Part shown: positions 17,656-26,759 of the stretch, piece by piece
Layout of the letters: every line of letters begins with the position of its first letter
Position numbering within the stretch: position 1 is the first letter of the stretch
Assembly: GCA_016176335.1 (NCBI GenBank)
Contig: JACOXI010000003.1
Location: 6,920-70,919 of the forward strand
Direction of reading: 5' to 3'
Length of the DNA: 64,000 bases
DNA from: Candidatus Daviesbacteria bacterium
GTDB lineage: Bacteria > Patescibacteriota > Microgenomatia > Daviesbacterales > UBA10151
Notes under the pieces: generated by a model
Databases searched by the model: none
Told to the model about the DNA's origin: nothing
What the model saw: only the letters and a program-made list of their open reading frames with translations
Translations under genes and position numbers: made by a program

Positions 17656-18639
17656 ATGATCAAACAAGTGCAGGTGTCTGCACCGGGAAAATTAATGTTA
17701 TTTGGGGAACATGCTGTTTTATATGGCAGGCCCTGCATTGTCACAGCTGTGGGACAAAGAATGAAAGCTACAGTTACACTCACTGATGAGCCTATTTTTG
17801 AGCTTAATGCTCCTGATGTAGCGGTTGTACACTACCAAAAACTCATGCACGAGCTTGGCCGGGGAGAAATCCCCAAGGGAGCAAAATTTGTAGAAATGGC
17901 TGTGTATAATTTTTATAATAATTATAAAAGCTATATTAAAGAGTCCGGAATTCAAGTTACCACTACTTCTGACTTTTCCTCCCAGTTTGGCTTTGGCTCC
18001 TCCTCTGCTGCTACTGTTTGCGTGATCAAAGCTTTATCCCAGTTAACCGGATCCAAACTTTCCAACAAAGCTATTTTTGATTTATCCTACCTGACAGTTT
18101 TGGATATTCAAGGCAAAGGTTCCGGCTTTGATGTGGCAGCAGCTGTATATGGTGGAACTTTGTACTTTGTGATTGGAGGCAAGGTGATTAAACCATTAAA
18201 CCTCCCTTATTTACCTCTCATAGTGGGTTATTCAGGGATTAAGGCTGATACAGTAGATCTTATAAATCAGGTTTCCCGGAAAGCTGCCAAATTTCCAAAA
18301 GTAATAGATGACATCTATACTTCCATCGGGGAATTAGTTCTTCAGGCTAAAAAAGCTATCCTAAAACAGGATTGGGAAACTTTAGGAGAACTGATGTATT
18401 TAAACCAGGGATATTTGTCTGCTTTAGGAGTAAGCAGTGGCAAATTGGAATCCATGATCCATGCTGCCAGAGAAGCTGGAGCATATGGAGCTAAATTATC
18501 CGGAGCAGGAGGCGGAGACTGTATGATAGCCTTGGCTCCTTCTAAATCCAAAAATGGTGTTGAGGAGGCCATAAACAAAGCTGGTGGACAAACAATAGAT
18601 GTCAAAACAAATGTTCCCGGTGTTAGAATAGAAAAATGA
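17656..18639 (+). CDS. GHMP kinase, mevalonate-kinase paralog (candidate phosphomevalonate kinase)
   Basis: 'SAPGKLMLFGEHAVLYG', 'FGFGSSSAA' and 'KLSGAGGGDCMIAL' are GHMP motifs. Confidence 0.7.
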   Translation: MIKQVQVSAPGKLMLFGEHAVLYGRPCIVTAVGQRMKATVTLTDEPIFELNAPDVAVVHYQKLMHELGRGEIPKGAKFVEMAVYNFYNNYKSYIKESGIQVTTTSDFSSQFGFGSSSAATVCVIKALSQLTGSKLSNKAIFDLSYLTVLDIQGKGSGFDVAAAVYGGTLYFVIGGKVIKPLNLPYLPLIVGYSGIKADTVDLINQVSRKAAKFPKVIDDIYTSIGELVLQAKKAILKQDWETLGELMYLNQGYLSALGVSSGKLESMIHAAREAGAYGAKLSGAGGGDCMIALAPSKSKNGVEEAINKAGGQTIDVKTNVPGVRIEK

Positions 18640-19625
18640 AAGCCACAGCCATAGCACCATCAAATATAGCCTTTACCAAGTACTGGGGCAGAAAAGATGA
18701 AGAATTAAGACTACCAGAAAATGGATCAGTGTCCATGAGCCTGTCTAATTTATTGACCACCACCACTGTAGAGTTTTCTGATAAATACAATAAAGATGAA
18801 ATCACAATCAATGGCGGTGGGGTGGAAGAAGGAGAAACTAACAGAGTCATTAAACACTTGGAAAGAGTCAGAAAAATGGCAGGTCCGGCAATAGCCGGAT
18901 TAAAAGCTAAGGTAGTTTCTAAAAATAACTTCCCTATTGGGACCGGACTTTCATCTTCTGCTTCAGGTTTTGCCGCACTAACTTTAGCTGCTTCCAAAGC
19001 AGCTGGGTTAGATTTATCGGAAAAAGAGCTGTCAATTTTAGCACGCCAAGGATCTGGCTCTGCCTGTCGTTCTGTCCCTTCCGGCTTTGTGGAATGGCTA
19101 GATGGAGATACATCTGATACATCTTATGCAGTTCAGATTTTTCCTCCTGACTTTTGGGATATAGCAGATGTGATAGCTATTGTTTCAGAGAGTAAAAAAG
19201 CAGTCTCAACTTCTCAAGGTCAACAATCAGCTCAATCTTCCCCTTTTATGGGGGTCCGGCTAAGCCGGATGAAAGAAAAAAATGAAAGGGTTAAAAAGTT
19301 AATTGAAGAAAGAAATTTTAAACAGTTTGGGGAGCTAATTGAGGCAGAAGCTTTGGAATTACATACTATCATGCTTACTCAAACCCCTCCCCTAATTTAC
19401 TGGACTCCAGGAACCTTACAGATTATGAAACTTACTTCCCGCTGGAGAGCGCAGGGTTTACCTGTTTATTTCACCATCAACACCGGCCAAGATATTCATT
19501 TAATTTGCGAACAAAAAAATGTTAAAAAAGTTGTGGCCAAATTAAAAGAGCTGTATTTTGTCAAAGATATTATTGTTAATACTCCAGGAGAAGGAACCAG
19601 GCTTTCAGAAAACCATTTATTTTAA
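18636..19625 (+). CDS. mvaD: Diphosphomevalonate decarboxylase
   Basis: 'APSNIAFTKYWGRKDEELRLPENGSVSMSL' is the MVD N-terminal signature. Confidence 0.85.
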   Translation: MKATAIAPSNIAFTKYWGRKDEELRLPENGSVSMSLSNLLTTTTVEFSDKYNKDEITINGGGVEEGETNRVIKHLERVRKMAGPAIAGLKAKVVSKNNFPIGTGLSSSASGFAALTLAASKAAGLDLSEKELSILARQGSGSACRSVPSGFVEWLDGDTSDTSYAVQIFPPDFWDIADVIAIVSESKKAVSTSQGQQSAQSSPFMGVRLSRMKEKNERVKKLIEERNFKQFGELIEAEALELHTIMLTQTPPLIYWTPGTLQIMKLTSRWRAQGLPVYFTINTGQDIHLICEQKNVKKVVAKLKELYFVKDIIVNTPGEGTRLSENHLF

Positions 19626-20155
19626 TTAAAAAATCCTGCTTCTTTTAACACCTTTACCCCCTCCACTGCCCAAGGGGCATATTTTTGAGGATTGGCTTCT
19701 ATGTCTTGTAAAAACTCTTTTTTGTTGACCCATTTATACTCATACCCAACATCAGGGTTCATCTTCACCTCTCCATTATATTCCCCCACCAATAGACAGC
19801 AATGCTCGTTCTCACAAAAATCTCCATCTTTGGCAAAATAATTAAATTCTCCCATTCTTTTTAGACTGATGTTTTCTATATCATACTCATTCTTAAGAGC
19901 TCTAAATGTAGCCTCTTCAAAGGTCTCATCTGTACTATCAGCCTGATGTAAAGGATGAGTTGAAGCTGTCAAATCCCATAAATTATCAAAAATTTGATGT
20001 TTTCTCCTTTGTAGTAGAAATTGCCCCGTGGAATTATACAAAAGGACTGTAATTGCCAAGTGTCTTTTACCCTCTCCAGTATGGCCTAATTCTTTTGGGA
20101 TATATTTTAAGAATTTTCCATTGTCATCTACTGCCAAAATTATTTGTTGATCCAT
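19622..20155 (-). CDS. idi: Isopentenyl-diphosphate delta-isomerase, type 1 (Nudix)
   Basis: It is a Nudix-like IDI-1 of 177 aa at the end of the MVA operon. Confidence 0.8.
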   Translation of the reverse strand: MDQQIILAVDDNGKFLKYIPKELGHTGEGKRHLAITVLLYNSTGQFLLQRRKHQIFDNLWDLTASTHPLHQADSTDETFEEATFRALKNEYDIENISLKRMGEFNYFAKDGDFCENEHCCLLVGEYNGEVKMNPDVGYEYKWVNKKEFLQDIEANPQKYAPWAVEGVKVLKEAGFFN

Positions 20156-20940
20156 TAAACTCCTTCAAGCAGAGTGATCGCCATCCAAATAGCTGCCACT
20201 CCCAAAAGAAGCATAATACTTTCCCAAAAAGCCACTTTTTTATTCTCTTGTGAGTGGATTTCTGGGATTAAATTGGCTGAGGCAATATAGATGAAAAACC
20301 CTGCAGTTAAGGCTAAAGCTACCGGCAGCAAAGCTTCAATGGAATCTTTGGCCAGATAAGTTAATATAGCACCAGCTAGGCTAGCTAAGGCAGACAAAAA
20401 ATTAATTTTTAACACTCTGCCCCTGGCCATACCTTTGTGAAGCATTAAGCCAAAATCTCCAATTTCTTGTGGTATTTCATGGGCGGCCACAGCCAAAGAG
20501 GTCACTATCCCTAAGGGAATACTGACCAAAAATGTGGCAGCTATGGCTACCCCATCAATGAAATTATGAACTGTATCCCCCACCACAATCAAAGGTACAA
20601 CAGATCTTTTTGCCTCCGGTTGATCGCCATGACCATGATGATGTATAAAGCGCTCCAAAAGGAAAAAGACCAAGATGCCTAAAATAGCCCAAAAAAAGAT
20701 GTTTACCTCCCCTGCACTCTCAGATGCCTCAGGCATTAGATCCAAAAAAGCTGTACCAAGCAAAGTCCCGGCAGCAAAAGCTGTTAGAAAATGAGAAATT
20801 TTCAGAGCAAATTTCTCTTTAATTAACAGTAATAATCCTCCAATTAAAGAGATGATACTACCGAGCAGTGTAAAAATTAGAATATATCCTAAAATATCCA
20901 TATTAATTCTTATTCTAACAAGAAAATTGCCCTTCCCCAC
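20155..20940 (-). CDS. ZIP-family metal (zinc) transporter
   Basis: 'HEIPQEIGDFGLML' is the ZIP signature. It has multiple TM helices and a His-rich loop ('HHHGHGD'). Confidence 0.8.
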   Translation of the reverse strand: MGKGNFLVRIRINMDILGYILIFTLLGSIISLIGGLLLLIKEKFALKISHFLTAFAAGTLLGTAFLDLMPEASESAGEVNIFFWAILGILVFFLLERFIHHHGHGDQPEAKRSVVPLIVVGDTVHNFIDGVAIAATFLVSIPLGIVTSLAVAAHEIPQEIGDFGLMLHKGMARGRVLKINFLSALASLAGAILTYLAKDSIEALLPVALALTAGFFIYIASANLIPEIHSQENKKVAFWESIMLLLGVAAIWMAITLLEGV

Positions 20941-21544
20941 AAGGTGATGGTAATTCTTTTGTCTTGGGGGTTCCGGGTTCTTTGCCTGGAAAAATATAAT
21001 CTTGGGGTTTTGTCAGATTCCACTCATGCTCATGATTCCAAAGAGTCCAAAAATACCTCCATTCGTTCCAACCAATCCCCAAATGTTTAACAAAAATACC
21101 ATTTTCCGCCAAAGCTAAGCCAATTTTTCTGCCTGTCATACAGGGCATGCTATAACAGTAAACAATTATCTCCCTATCTTTTGGTAACTGCCTAAACTGG
21201 TTTATTATCCTTTCTTTTTCTTCGTAAGCTGAAGTGTCCGGGTCTTTATAAGCAGGAATATTAACAGCCCCGATAATATGTTCTTTTTCATATTCCTGGG
21301 TACTTCTTAAATCAACCAGGGTATAACTATTATCTCCCTTATCCATCATTCTTCGCAAACTATGAGGGCTGACATAAACTGCATTTTCCGTTGCATAAAA
21401 ATCATAGATTAACTGGTCAGCAGTTTTTTTAACCTCTTTTTTGGAAAATAAAATAGTATAACTGACACTTCCTCCTATTATCGCCCCCACTATTGCTGAT
21501 AAAATTACTGTCTTTAAAAGATGCTTACTCATTACTTTTTTCAA
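20915..21544 (-). CDS. Membrane-anchored rhodanese-domain sulfurtransferase
   Basis: It has an N-terminal TM helix. The rhodanese fold shows the active-site loop 'VYCYSMPCMTGRK'. Confidence 0.6.
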   Translation of the reverse strand: MKKVMSKHLLKTVILSAIVGAIIGGSVSYTILFSKKEVKKTADQLIYDFYATENAVYVSPHSLRRMMDKGDNSYTLVDLRSTQEYEKEHIIGAVNIPAYKDPDTSAYEEKERIINQFRQLPKDREIIVYCYSMPCMTGRKIGLALAENGIFVKHLGIGWNEWRYFWTLWNHEHEWNLTKPQDYIFPGKEPGTPKTKELPSPCGEGQFSC

Positions 21545-22184
21545 TTCCTTTTTGTATTATACTCTTAAATTCCTCCAAATTCTTCGGGTTTTGTATTTTC
21601 TGGCCATTTATAAAAAATGTTGGTGTGGCATTTACTCCTGCTTTTACTGCGCTTTGGTAGTCTTTTTCCACTTCATCTCTTACCTGGTTAGACTCTAAAT
21701 CTTTCTTAAACTGTGCTAAATCCAATCCCAAATTTTGGGCATATTTTTCAAAAAGACTCCTAGGGTCTTGTACCTTTGCCCATTCTTCTTGTAAGTCAAA
21801 CAATAAATCATGCATCTGCCAAAACTTGCCTTGTTTGCCTGCAGCTTCTAATGCTTGGGAGGCAAGTTGAGAATTGAAATGAATTGATCTTAGAGGAAAA
21901 TGACGGTAGGCAAAAGTTATGGAGTCGTCAAATTCTTCAACTATTCTCTTTACCAGGGGATAATAAACTTTACAGGCAGGACATTGCAAATCAGAATACT
22001 CAATTAAGGATACCCTAGCCTCTCTTTTCCCTTTGATCCAGTCAGAATCTGAAACAAGATCAACTTGTGTAGTTACTAAGTTTTTATTTTCCTTTTCCTG
22101 TTCCACAGATTTAAGGAAAAGAACTGCCAGAGCTATCGTAGAAACAATAATAATACCCAGAATAATGGCTAATTTAGTTTTCAC
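21525..22184 (-). CDS. DsbA-like thioredoxin-fold thiol:disulfide oxidoreductase
   Basis: It has a signal/TM anchor. The CxxC motif is 'CPAC'. Confidence 0.7.
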   Translation of the reverse strand: MKTKLAIILGIIIVSTIALAVLFLKSVEQEKENKNLVTTQVDLVSDSDWIKGKREARVSLIEYSDLQCPACKVYYPLVKRIVEEFDDSITFAYRHFPLRSIHFNSQLASQALEAAGKQGKFWQMHDLLFDLQEEWAKVQDPRSLFEKYAQNLGLDLAQFKKDLESNQVRDEVEKDYQSAVKAGVNATPTFFINGQKIQNPKNLEEFKSIIQKGIEKSNE

Positions 22185-22807
22185 TATTGCTCCACGGTCT
22201 TTTCAGGACCCTGGTTTAGATGAGTATCTATAAACTTTTCTATCCTAGAAGCGTCAAACTGATCAAATTTATCAATATAAGTCCAGGCTGTTAAAGCAAT
22301 TCTTACATCCATATTTGGTCTGGGAATAACAATCAATTTCTTTTTGCCCTTTTTCTCATATACTGAAATTAACTGATCTACCAATTTATGGCAATCAGCG
22401 GATCTAAAAGCAGCAGATAAGGTGGCAGAAGGACTGGACTCTGAAGCTGATGACGTGGCTTCCTCCTCTATCCCATGAGCATAAACTGTTCCCTGTAACC
22501 TGTACCCTGTACCCTGTTTCTCGCAGTTATACGACATAATCACATATCCATGTTCCAAAGAGTGAATCAAATTTCCATCTTCTTTGGGGGCCTCATATAT
22601 CCCGCTTCTTACCCAATCTGCATAATGAGAACCTGATGTAGGTGGATTGGAATTATAATCTACTTTTTCTGAAGCTGGCACATGTTTTCTGCCTAAATCC
22701 GCTACTTTAATACCTGGTAAAGGTTTTGATGAAGCTATAAACAACCAAACCAAGAACCCTCCAAAAGCTAAAATTGCTACAGTGATTAAAATATATTTAT
22801 TATCCAT
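22184..22807 (-). CDS. DUF3105-domain protein, membrane-anchored
   Basis: 'HSLEHGYVIMSY' is the motif. It contains a coding 'gtaccctg' tandem repeat at about 22484-22512. Confidence 0.5.
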   Translation of the reverse strand: MDNKYILITVAILAFGGFLVWLFIASSKPLPGIKVADLGRKHVPASEKVDYNSNPPTSGSHYADWVRSGIYEAPKEDGNLIHSLEHGYVIMSYNCEKQGTGYRLQGTVYAHGIEEEATSSASESSPSATLSAAFRSADCHKLVDQLISVYEKKGKKKLIVIPRPNMDVRIALTAWTYIDKFDQFDASRIEKFIDTHLNQGPEKTVEQ

Positions 22808-22817
22808 GAAAACTTCC

Positions 22818-23564
22818 TTATCGAAATTCTAGCACAAAAGCGGAAGATCCCAAAATACCCAGAAAATACCTTGATAAAAAAGTATAATATCCTGTAATGA
22901 GTAAAACACCGATTAGTATTATCAGAACCCCGGTAATTTTTTGAATTTGTGGCAAGTATTTATTAAGCCTTGATAGCTGGGGGGTAAGTTTATCAAAAAG
23001 TAAGGCAATCAAAAGAAACGGCGTGGCCAGACCAATTCCAAAGACCGCCATCAAGATAACAGCCGACAGAATATTTTGACCTAAAGAGGAAAGCACCAGA
23101 ATTGTTGCCAGAACCGGGCCAATACAGGGAGTCCAGGCAAAGCCAAAAATAAGCCCCATTAAAAATCCGGATATTGGTTTTCCGCCTTTTACCCTACCTA
23201 AATGAAAACCTCTTTCTTTGGATAAAAAAGGCACTTTTAAAACATTTAAAAAGTATAGTCCCAAAATTATTACCATCACTCCCCCCACTTTATCTATATA
23301 ACTTCTATAAGGACCCAGCATCCTGGCCAAGCTGTTAACAGTTAATCCCAATAACATAAAAACACCGACAAATCCCGCCACAAAAAATAAACCATTAAAA
23401 AAGGCTTTAAATCTGGCAACTTCCAAACGGCGCAGACTATCAATACTCACTCCTGAAAGATATCCTAAATAAACAGGCACAATGGGAGCTACACAGCCGG
23501 CAAAAAAAGTTAAAACACCTGCCAGAAAGGCAATTAAAAGATTTAATAGATTTATCTCAACCAT
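22818..23564 (-). CDS. ccdA: Cytochrome c-type biogenesis / disulfide-reductant transfer protein CcdA (DsbD-like)
   Basis: It is a polytopic membrane protein. The conserved Cys are in TM1 ('FFAGCVAPIVP') and a later TM ('AWTPCIGP'). Confidence 0.75.
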   Translation of the reverse strand: MVEINLLNLLIAFLAGVLTFFAGCVAPIVPVYLGYLSGVSIDSLRRLEVARFKAFFNGLFFVAGFVGVFMLLGLTVNSLARMLGPYRSYIDKVGGVMVIILGLYFLNVLKVPFLSKERGFHLGRVKGGKPISGFLMGLIFGFAWTPCIGPVLATILVLSSLGQNILSAVILMAVFGIGLATPFLLIALLFDKLTPQLSRLNKYLPQIQKITGVLIILIGVLLITGYYTFLSRYFLGILGSSAFVLEFR

Positions 23565-23569
23565 GTAAA

Positions 23570-24301
23570 TTAAGACTGAAGAAGAGAATCTATGGCGGGC
23601 TTGAGTTGTTCAAATGGCACTGCCCCGGGAACAGCTATGGTTTTGCCGGACTTAGTATCCAGTAGAATATTACCAGGAGTACCGGTCACACCAGCTTTGA
23701 TACCTGATTGGTAATCTTCTTCAACATGAGCTGCGTATTTACCAGAATCCAAACAAGCCTTGAATTTATTTTGATCCAAACCTACTTGAGCAGCTAATTT
23801 TGGCAAATCATCCAAATTTAAACCATTATTAGAGGGAGTCACTTCAAAAATTTTATCTGTCATCTTCCAAAAACCATCATTACCCGAAAGTTCTGCTGCA
23901 CATTCTGTGGCCTCCGCTTCTTTGTCAGCTTTGGAATGAATTTGATCCAGAGGGAAATGTCTGTAGACCCAAGCCACCTGGCCTTTGTATTCCGAAACTG
24001 CTTGTTGAGCTGTTGGGTGAAATCTTTTGCAAAATGGACATTCCAGATCTGAATATTCAATCAGAAGTATGCGGGCATTTTTATTGCCGCGAATATGATC
24101 ATCGGCTCTTAATTTTTCCACCTCTACCTTGGTAGGCTCTGCTGGTTGAGCTACTTGAGGGGGTTGGGCAGGAGCAGCAGTTCCTGTTGTGACCTTCCCC
24201 ACTTTAATTATTCCCCCATGCAAAAGGATAGCAACTGCTATTACCAAACAGCCCAGAAGGATTGCTAAAGGGGTGGTTAAGAAGGAATTTTTATCTGTCA
24301 T
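23570..24301 (-). CDS. DsbA-like thioredoxin-fold thiol:disulfide oxidoreductase (second copy)
   Basis: It has a TM anchor. The CxxC motif is 'CPFC'. Confidence 0.7.
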   Translation of the reverse strand: MTDKNSFLTTPLAILLGCLVIAVAILLHGGIIKVGKVTTGTAAPAQPPQVAQPAEPTKVEVEKLRADDHIRGNKNARILLIEYSDLECPFCKRFHPTAQQAVSEYKGQVAWVYRHFPLDQIHSKADKEAEATECAAELSGNDGFWKMTDKIFEVTPSNNGLNLDDLPKLAAQVGLDQNKFKACLDSGKYAAHVEEDYQSGIKAGVTGTPGNILLDTKSGKTIAVPGAVPFEQLKPAIDSLLQS

Positions 24302-24351
24302 GGTTAACTCAGTCTAAAGGGAAAAATTAACTATGTCAATACTCGAAAATT

Positions 24352-24963
24352 TCAATTAAACTGATTTTGGGCTTTTTCCAAGCCCTGTTCCAAAAGAATA
24401 TCTAAAGCTTTAACAGCCTGTTTTATCATATGTTTTACTTTTGATTTTTCAGAATGCCTGAATGGTTCCAATACAAACTTATTTGTATCAACATGAGCGT
24501 GTTTATGTTCTGAACTTTGAGTTCGTAAATTGCCGATACCTAATCTTACTCTGATAAATTTATCTGTACCTAAAGAATTAATTATGGATTCCACTCCATG
24601 ATGTCCTGCTGCTGCTCCTCCCAATCTGACTTTAATTTTTCCCAAAGGTAAATCCAAATCATCATGAATCACAATTAGATCGGTAGTCGACTCGCCTCGC
24701 GAAGCGGGTAGTTTGTAGTATGTAGTAAGGAGTTTTACAGCTATCCCAGAGTTATTCATATAGGTTTGAGGTTTTACAAGGGTTAAGCGGGAAGCGTTAA
24801 GGGTGAAGTCTAAAATTTCAGACTTAAATTTTTCTTCATATTTCCAACTTTCCCCTTGCCCCTTTACCCTTTTCCCTAACTCCTCCACCACCATAAACCC
24901 CAAATTGTGCCTGACTTTGGTATATTTTTCCCCTGGATTTCCCAAACCAACTATTAATTTCAC
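24352..24963 (-). CDS. pth: Peptidyl-tRNA hydrolase; carries an in-frame GC-rich insert
   Basis: 'MKLIVGLGNPGEKYTKVRHNLGF' matches. An insert 'LPASRGESTTDLIV' comes from the 'tcgcctcgcgaagcggg' motif. Confidence 0.9.
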   Translation of the reverse strand: MKLIVGLGNPGEKYTKVRHNLGFMVVEELGKRVKGQGESWKYEEKFKSEILDFTLNASRLTLVKPQTYMNNSGIAVKLLTTYYKLPASRGESTTDLIVIHDDLDLPLGKIKVRLGGAAAGHHGVESIINSLGTDKFIRVRLGIGNLRTQSSEHKHAHVDTNKFVLEPFRHSEKSKVKHMIKQAVKALDILLEQGLEKAQNQFN

Positions 24964-25787
24964 CCTCTTAATGCCTCCAAGATTTGCTCATGGATTAACC
25001 CATTAGAAGCTACTATATTTACTCTTTCCTTAGTCCAATCAGGCTCCTTACCTTCAAAATCTGTCACCATCCCACCTGCTTCCCTAACAATCACTGTCCC
25101 AGCCACAAAATCCCAAGGATATGCATAATTTACATGTAGATCTAAGATACCTTCTGCCACCATACTCAATGAAGCTACAGCTGATCCAAAAGAATAAATA
25201 TAACCTATTTTTGTAATTAACTTGTTCACATATAGATTCAGTTTATGCTGCCTTTTTAGGTTGTGGCCAAAATCTAATACCCCAACTGATGCAGTCAAAC
25301 CTTTTTTCTTGCTAACTTGAATGGCTTTCCCATTCAAATAAGCAGAGCTTGCCTTTCCTTCTGACAGGAAAGACCCCTGTCCTTTTTGTGCCCAATATAA
25401 ATTGTTAAAACTGACGTTATATATTACGCCTAAAATTGGTTTTCCCTCCCCTAAAAGACCAATGGATACAGAAAAATATGGGATACCTGAACCGAATGAG
25501 ATGCTACCATCTAAAGGATCTACAACCCAAGTAAATTTAGATTTTTTATCTATTTTTGCTTCCTCTTCAGATATTAAGTTATGGTCGGGAAAACTAGAAG
25601 TTAATATCTTTACTATGATTTTTTCAGCTTCAAGGTCTGCCTCAGTTGCATAATCTGTGGGATCTTCATGCTTAACATTTTTATGTTGATCCTTACCAGA
25701 ATATTTTTTTATTATCTTCCCAGCCTCCAAAGCAGCTTGTTTGGCAACTTTTAAAAATTGATTATCCATGTTTTTAAATCTTTTCAA
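24960..25787 (-). CDS. Inositol monophosphatase family protein
   Basis: 'WVVDPLDGSISF' is the IMPase motif. It is a paralog of the next gene. Confidence 0.8.
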   Translation of the reverse strand: MKRFKNMDNQFLKVAKQAALEAGKIIKKYSGKDQHKNVKHEDPTDYATEADLEAEKIIVKILTSSFPDHNLISEEEAKIDKKSKFTWVVDPLDGSISFGSGIPYFSVSIGLLGEGKPILGVIYNVSFNNLYWAQKGQGSFLSEGKASSAYLNGKAIQVSKKKGLTASVGVLDFGHNLKRQHKLNLYVNKLITKIGYIYSFGSAVASLSMVAEGILDLHVNYAYPWDFVAGTVIVREAGGMVTDFEGKEPDWTKERVNIVASNGLIHEQILEALRG

Positions 25788-25800
25788 AAAGACAAAGTCC

Positions 25801-26607
25801 TTATGTTTTTAAAACATCTAAGATTTGGTTGTGCAAGACACCATTTGATGCCACAATTTCTAATCTTTTTTTTGACCAGTTAATTTTTGCTCCTTTGCTA
25901 TCTGTTACTTTACCACCTGCCTCAGTCACAATAATTGCCCCTGCGATACAATTCCAAATATTAGCTTCATTTGCAAACCCGTCAAAAGAACCTCTGCCTA
26001 TTAATGCCATCATTAATACATCCCCTCCCAAAGCAAATGGGTAACGGATTTTATCAATCAAAGGCAAAATATACTTTTGAGTTTTACTCATCCTTTTTTC
26101 ACGGTGGGCAAAATCTATTCCCAAAATTGCCCCATCCAATTTTTTTGTTTGAGAGACCTTTATCTTCTTACCATTTAGATATGCACCTTTACCTATAGCA
26201 GCATGGTAAAGATCTTTCGGTACAACATGATAAATAACACCCAAGATAGGATTATTTTTGTGTAATAAACCAATGGAAACTGTATATGTTGGTAAACCCA
26301 CTGAAAAGGCAATTGTCCCGTCCAAAGGATCAATAACCCATGTGTAGTCTGATCCTAAATCTGAGATACCTTTTTCTTCGGCAATATAGTTAAATTTGGG
26401 ATAGTTTTTGTGCAGAATCTTTAAAATTGCCTTCTCTGATTCTAAATCTGCTGCTGTTACAAAATTACTGTGATCACCATTTTTATTTTTTTTATCTAAG
26501 TCTTCACCAAGATATTTAGAAATTATTTTCCCTGCCTCAAGTGCAGCCTGTTTTGCTACTTTCAAAAATTTTAGATCGTTAGATCGCAAGCTTTGCTTAT
26601 CATTCAT
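25801..26607 (-). CDS. Inositol monophosphatase family protein (tandem paralog)
   Basis: 'WVIDPLDGTIAF' is the IMPase motif. The track start (GTG at 26631) lies inside the repeat element. The internal ATG ('MNDKQSL...FLKVAKQAALEAGKII') aligns with the paralog N-terminus. Confidence 0.75.
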   Translation of the reverse strand: MNDKQSLRSNDLKFLKVAKQAALEAGKIISKYLGEDLDKKNKNGDHSNFVTAADLESEKAILKILHKNYPKFNYIAEEKGISDLGSDYTWVIDPLDGTIAFSVGLPTYTVSIGLLHKNNPILGVIYHVVPKDLYHAAIGKGAYLNGKKIKVSQTKKLDGAILGIDFAHREKRMSKTQKYILPLIDKIRYPFALGGDVLMMALIGRGSFDGFANEANIWNCIAGAIIVTEAGGKVTDSKGAKINWSKKRLEIVASNGVLHNQILDVLKT

Positions 26608-26610
26608 ATT

Positions 26611-26759
26611 AAGTAAAGATAGCGAAGTCACAAGCAGTCAAAAAATGTTGTGCAGTTGAGCATACCACTTTATTCATGACCGATTCCATTCCATGGCGCG
26701 AAACGAACACAAGCGAGCGACCTGGTCGCGCGAGCGCTTTTTTGCGCTGTGACGAGCTA
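26611..26759 (+). repeat. ~145-bp dispersed repeat element, copy 2 (fills the PRTase/IMPase intergenic region)
   Basis: It aligns end-to-end with copies at 13234..13383 and 57806..57960. Its 'tgacgagctag' end supplies the PRTase stop codon. Confidence 0.8.

Noticed and set aside
26608-26631. A GTG-initiated N-terminal extension ('MTSLSLLN') of the second inositol monophosphatase
   Set aside because: The extension is encoded by the left end of the 145-bp repeat and is absent from the paralog. The internal ATG is preferred.
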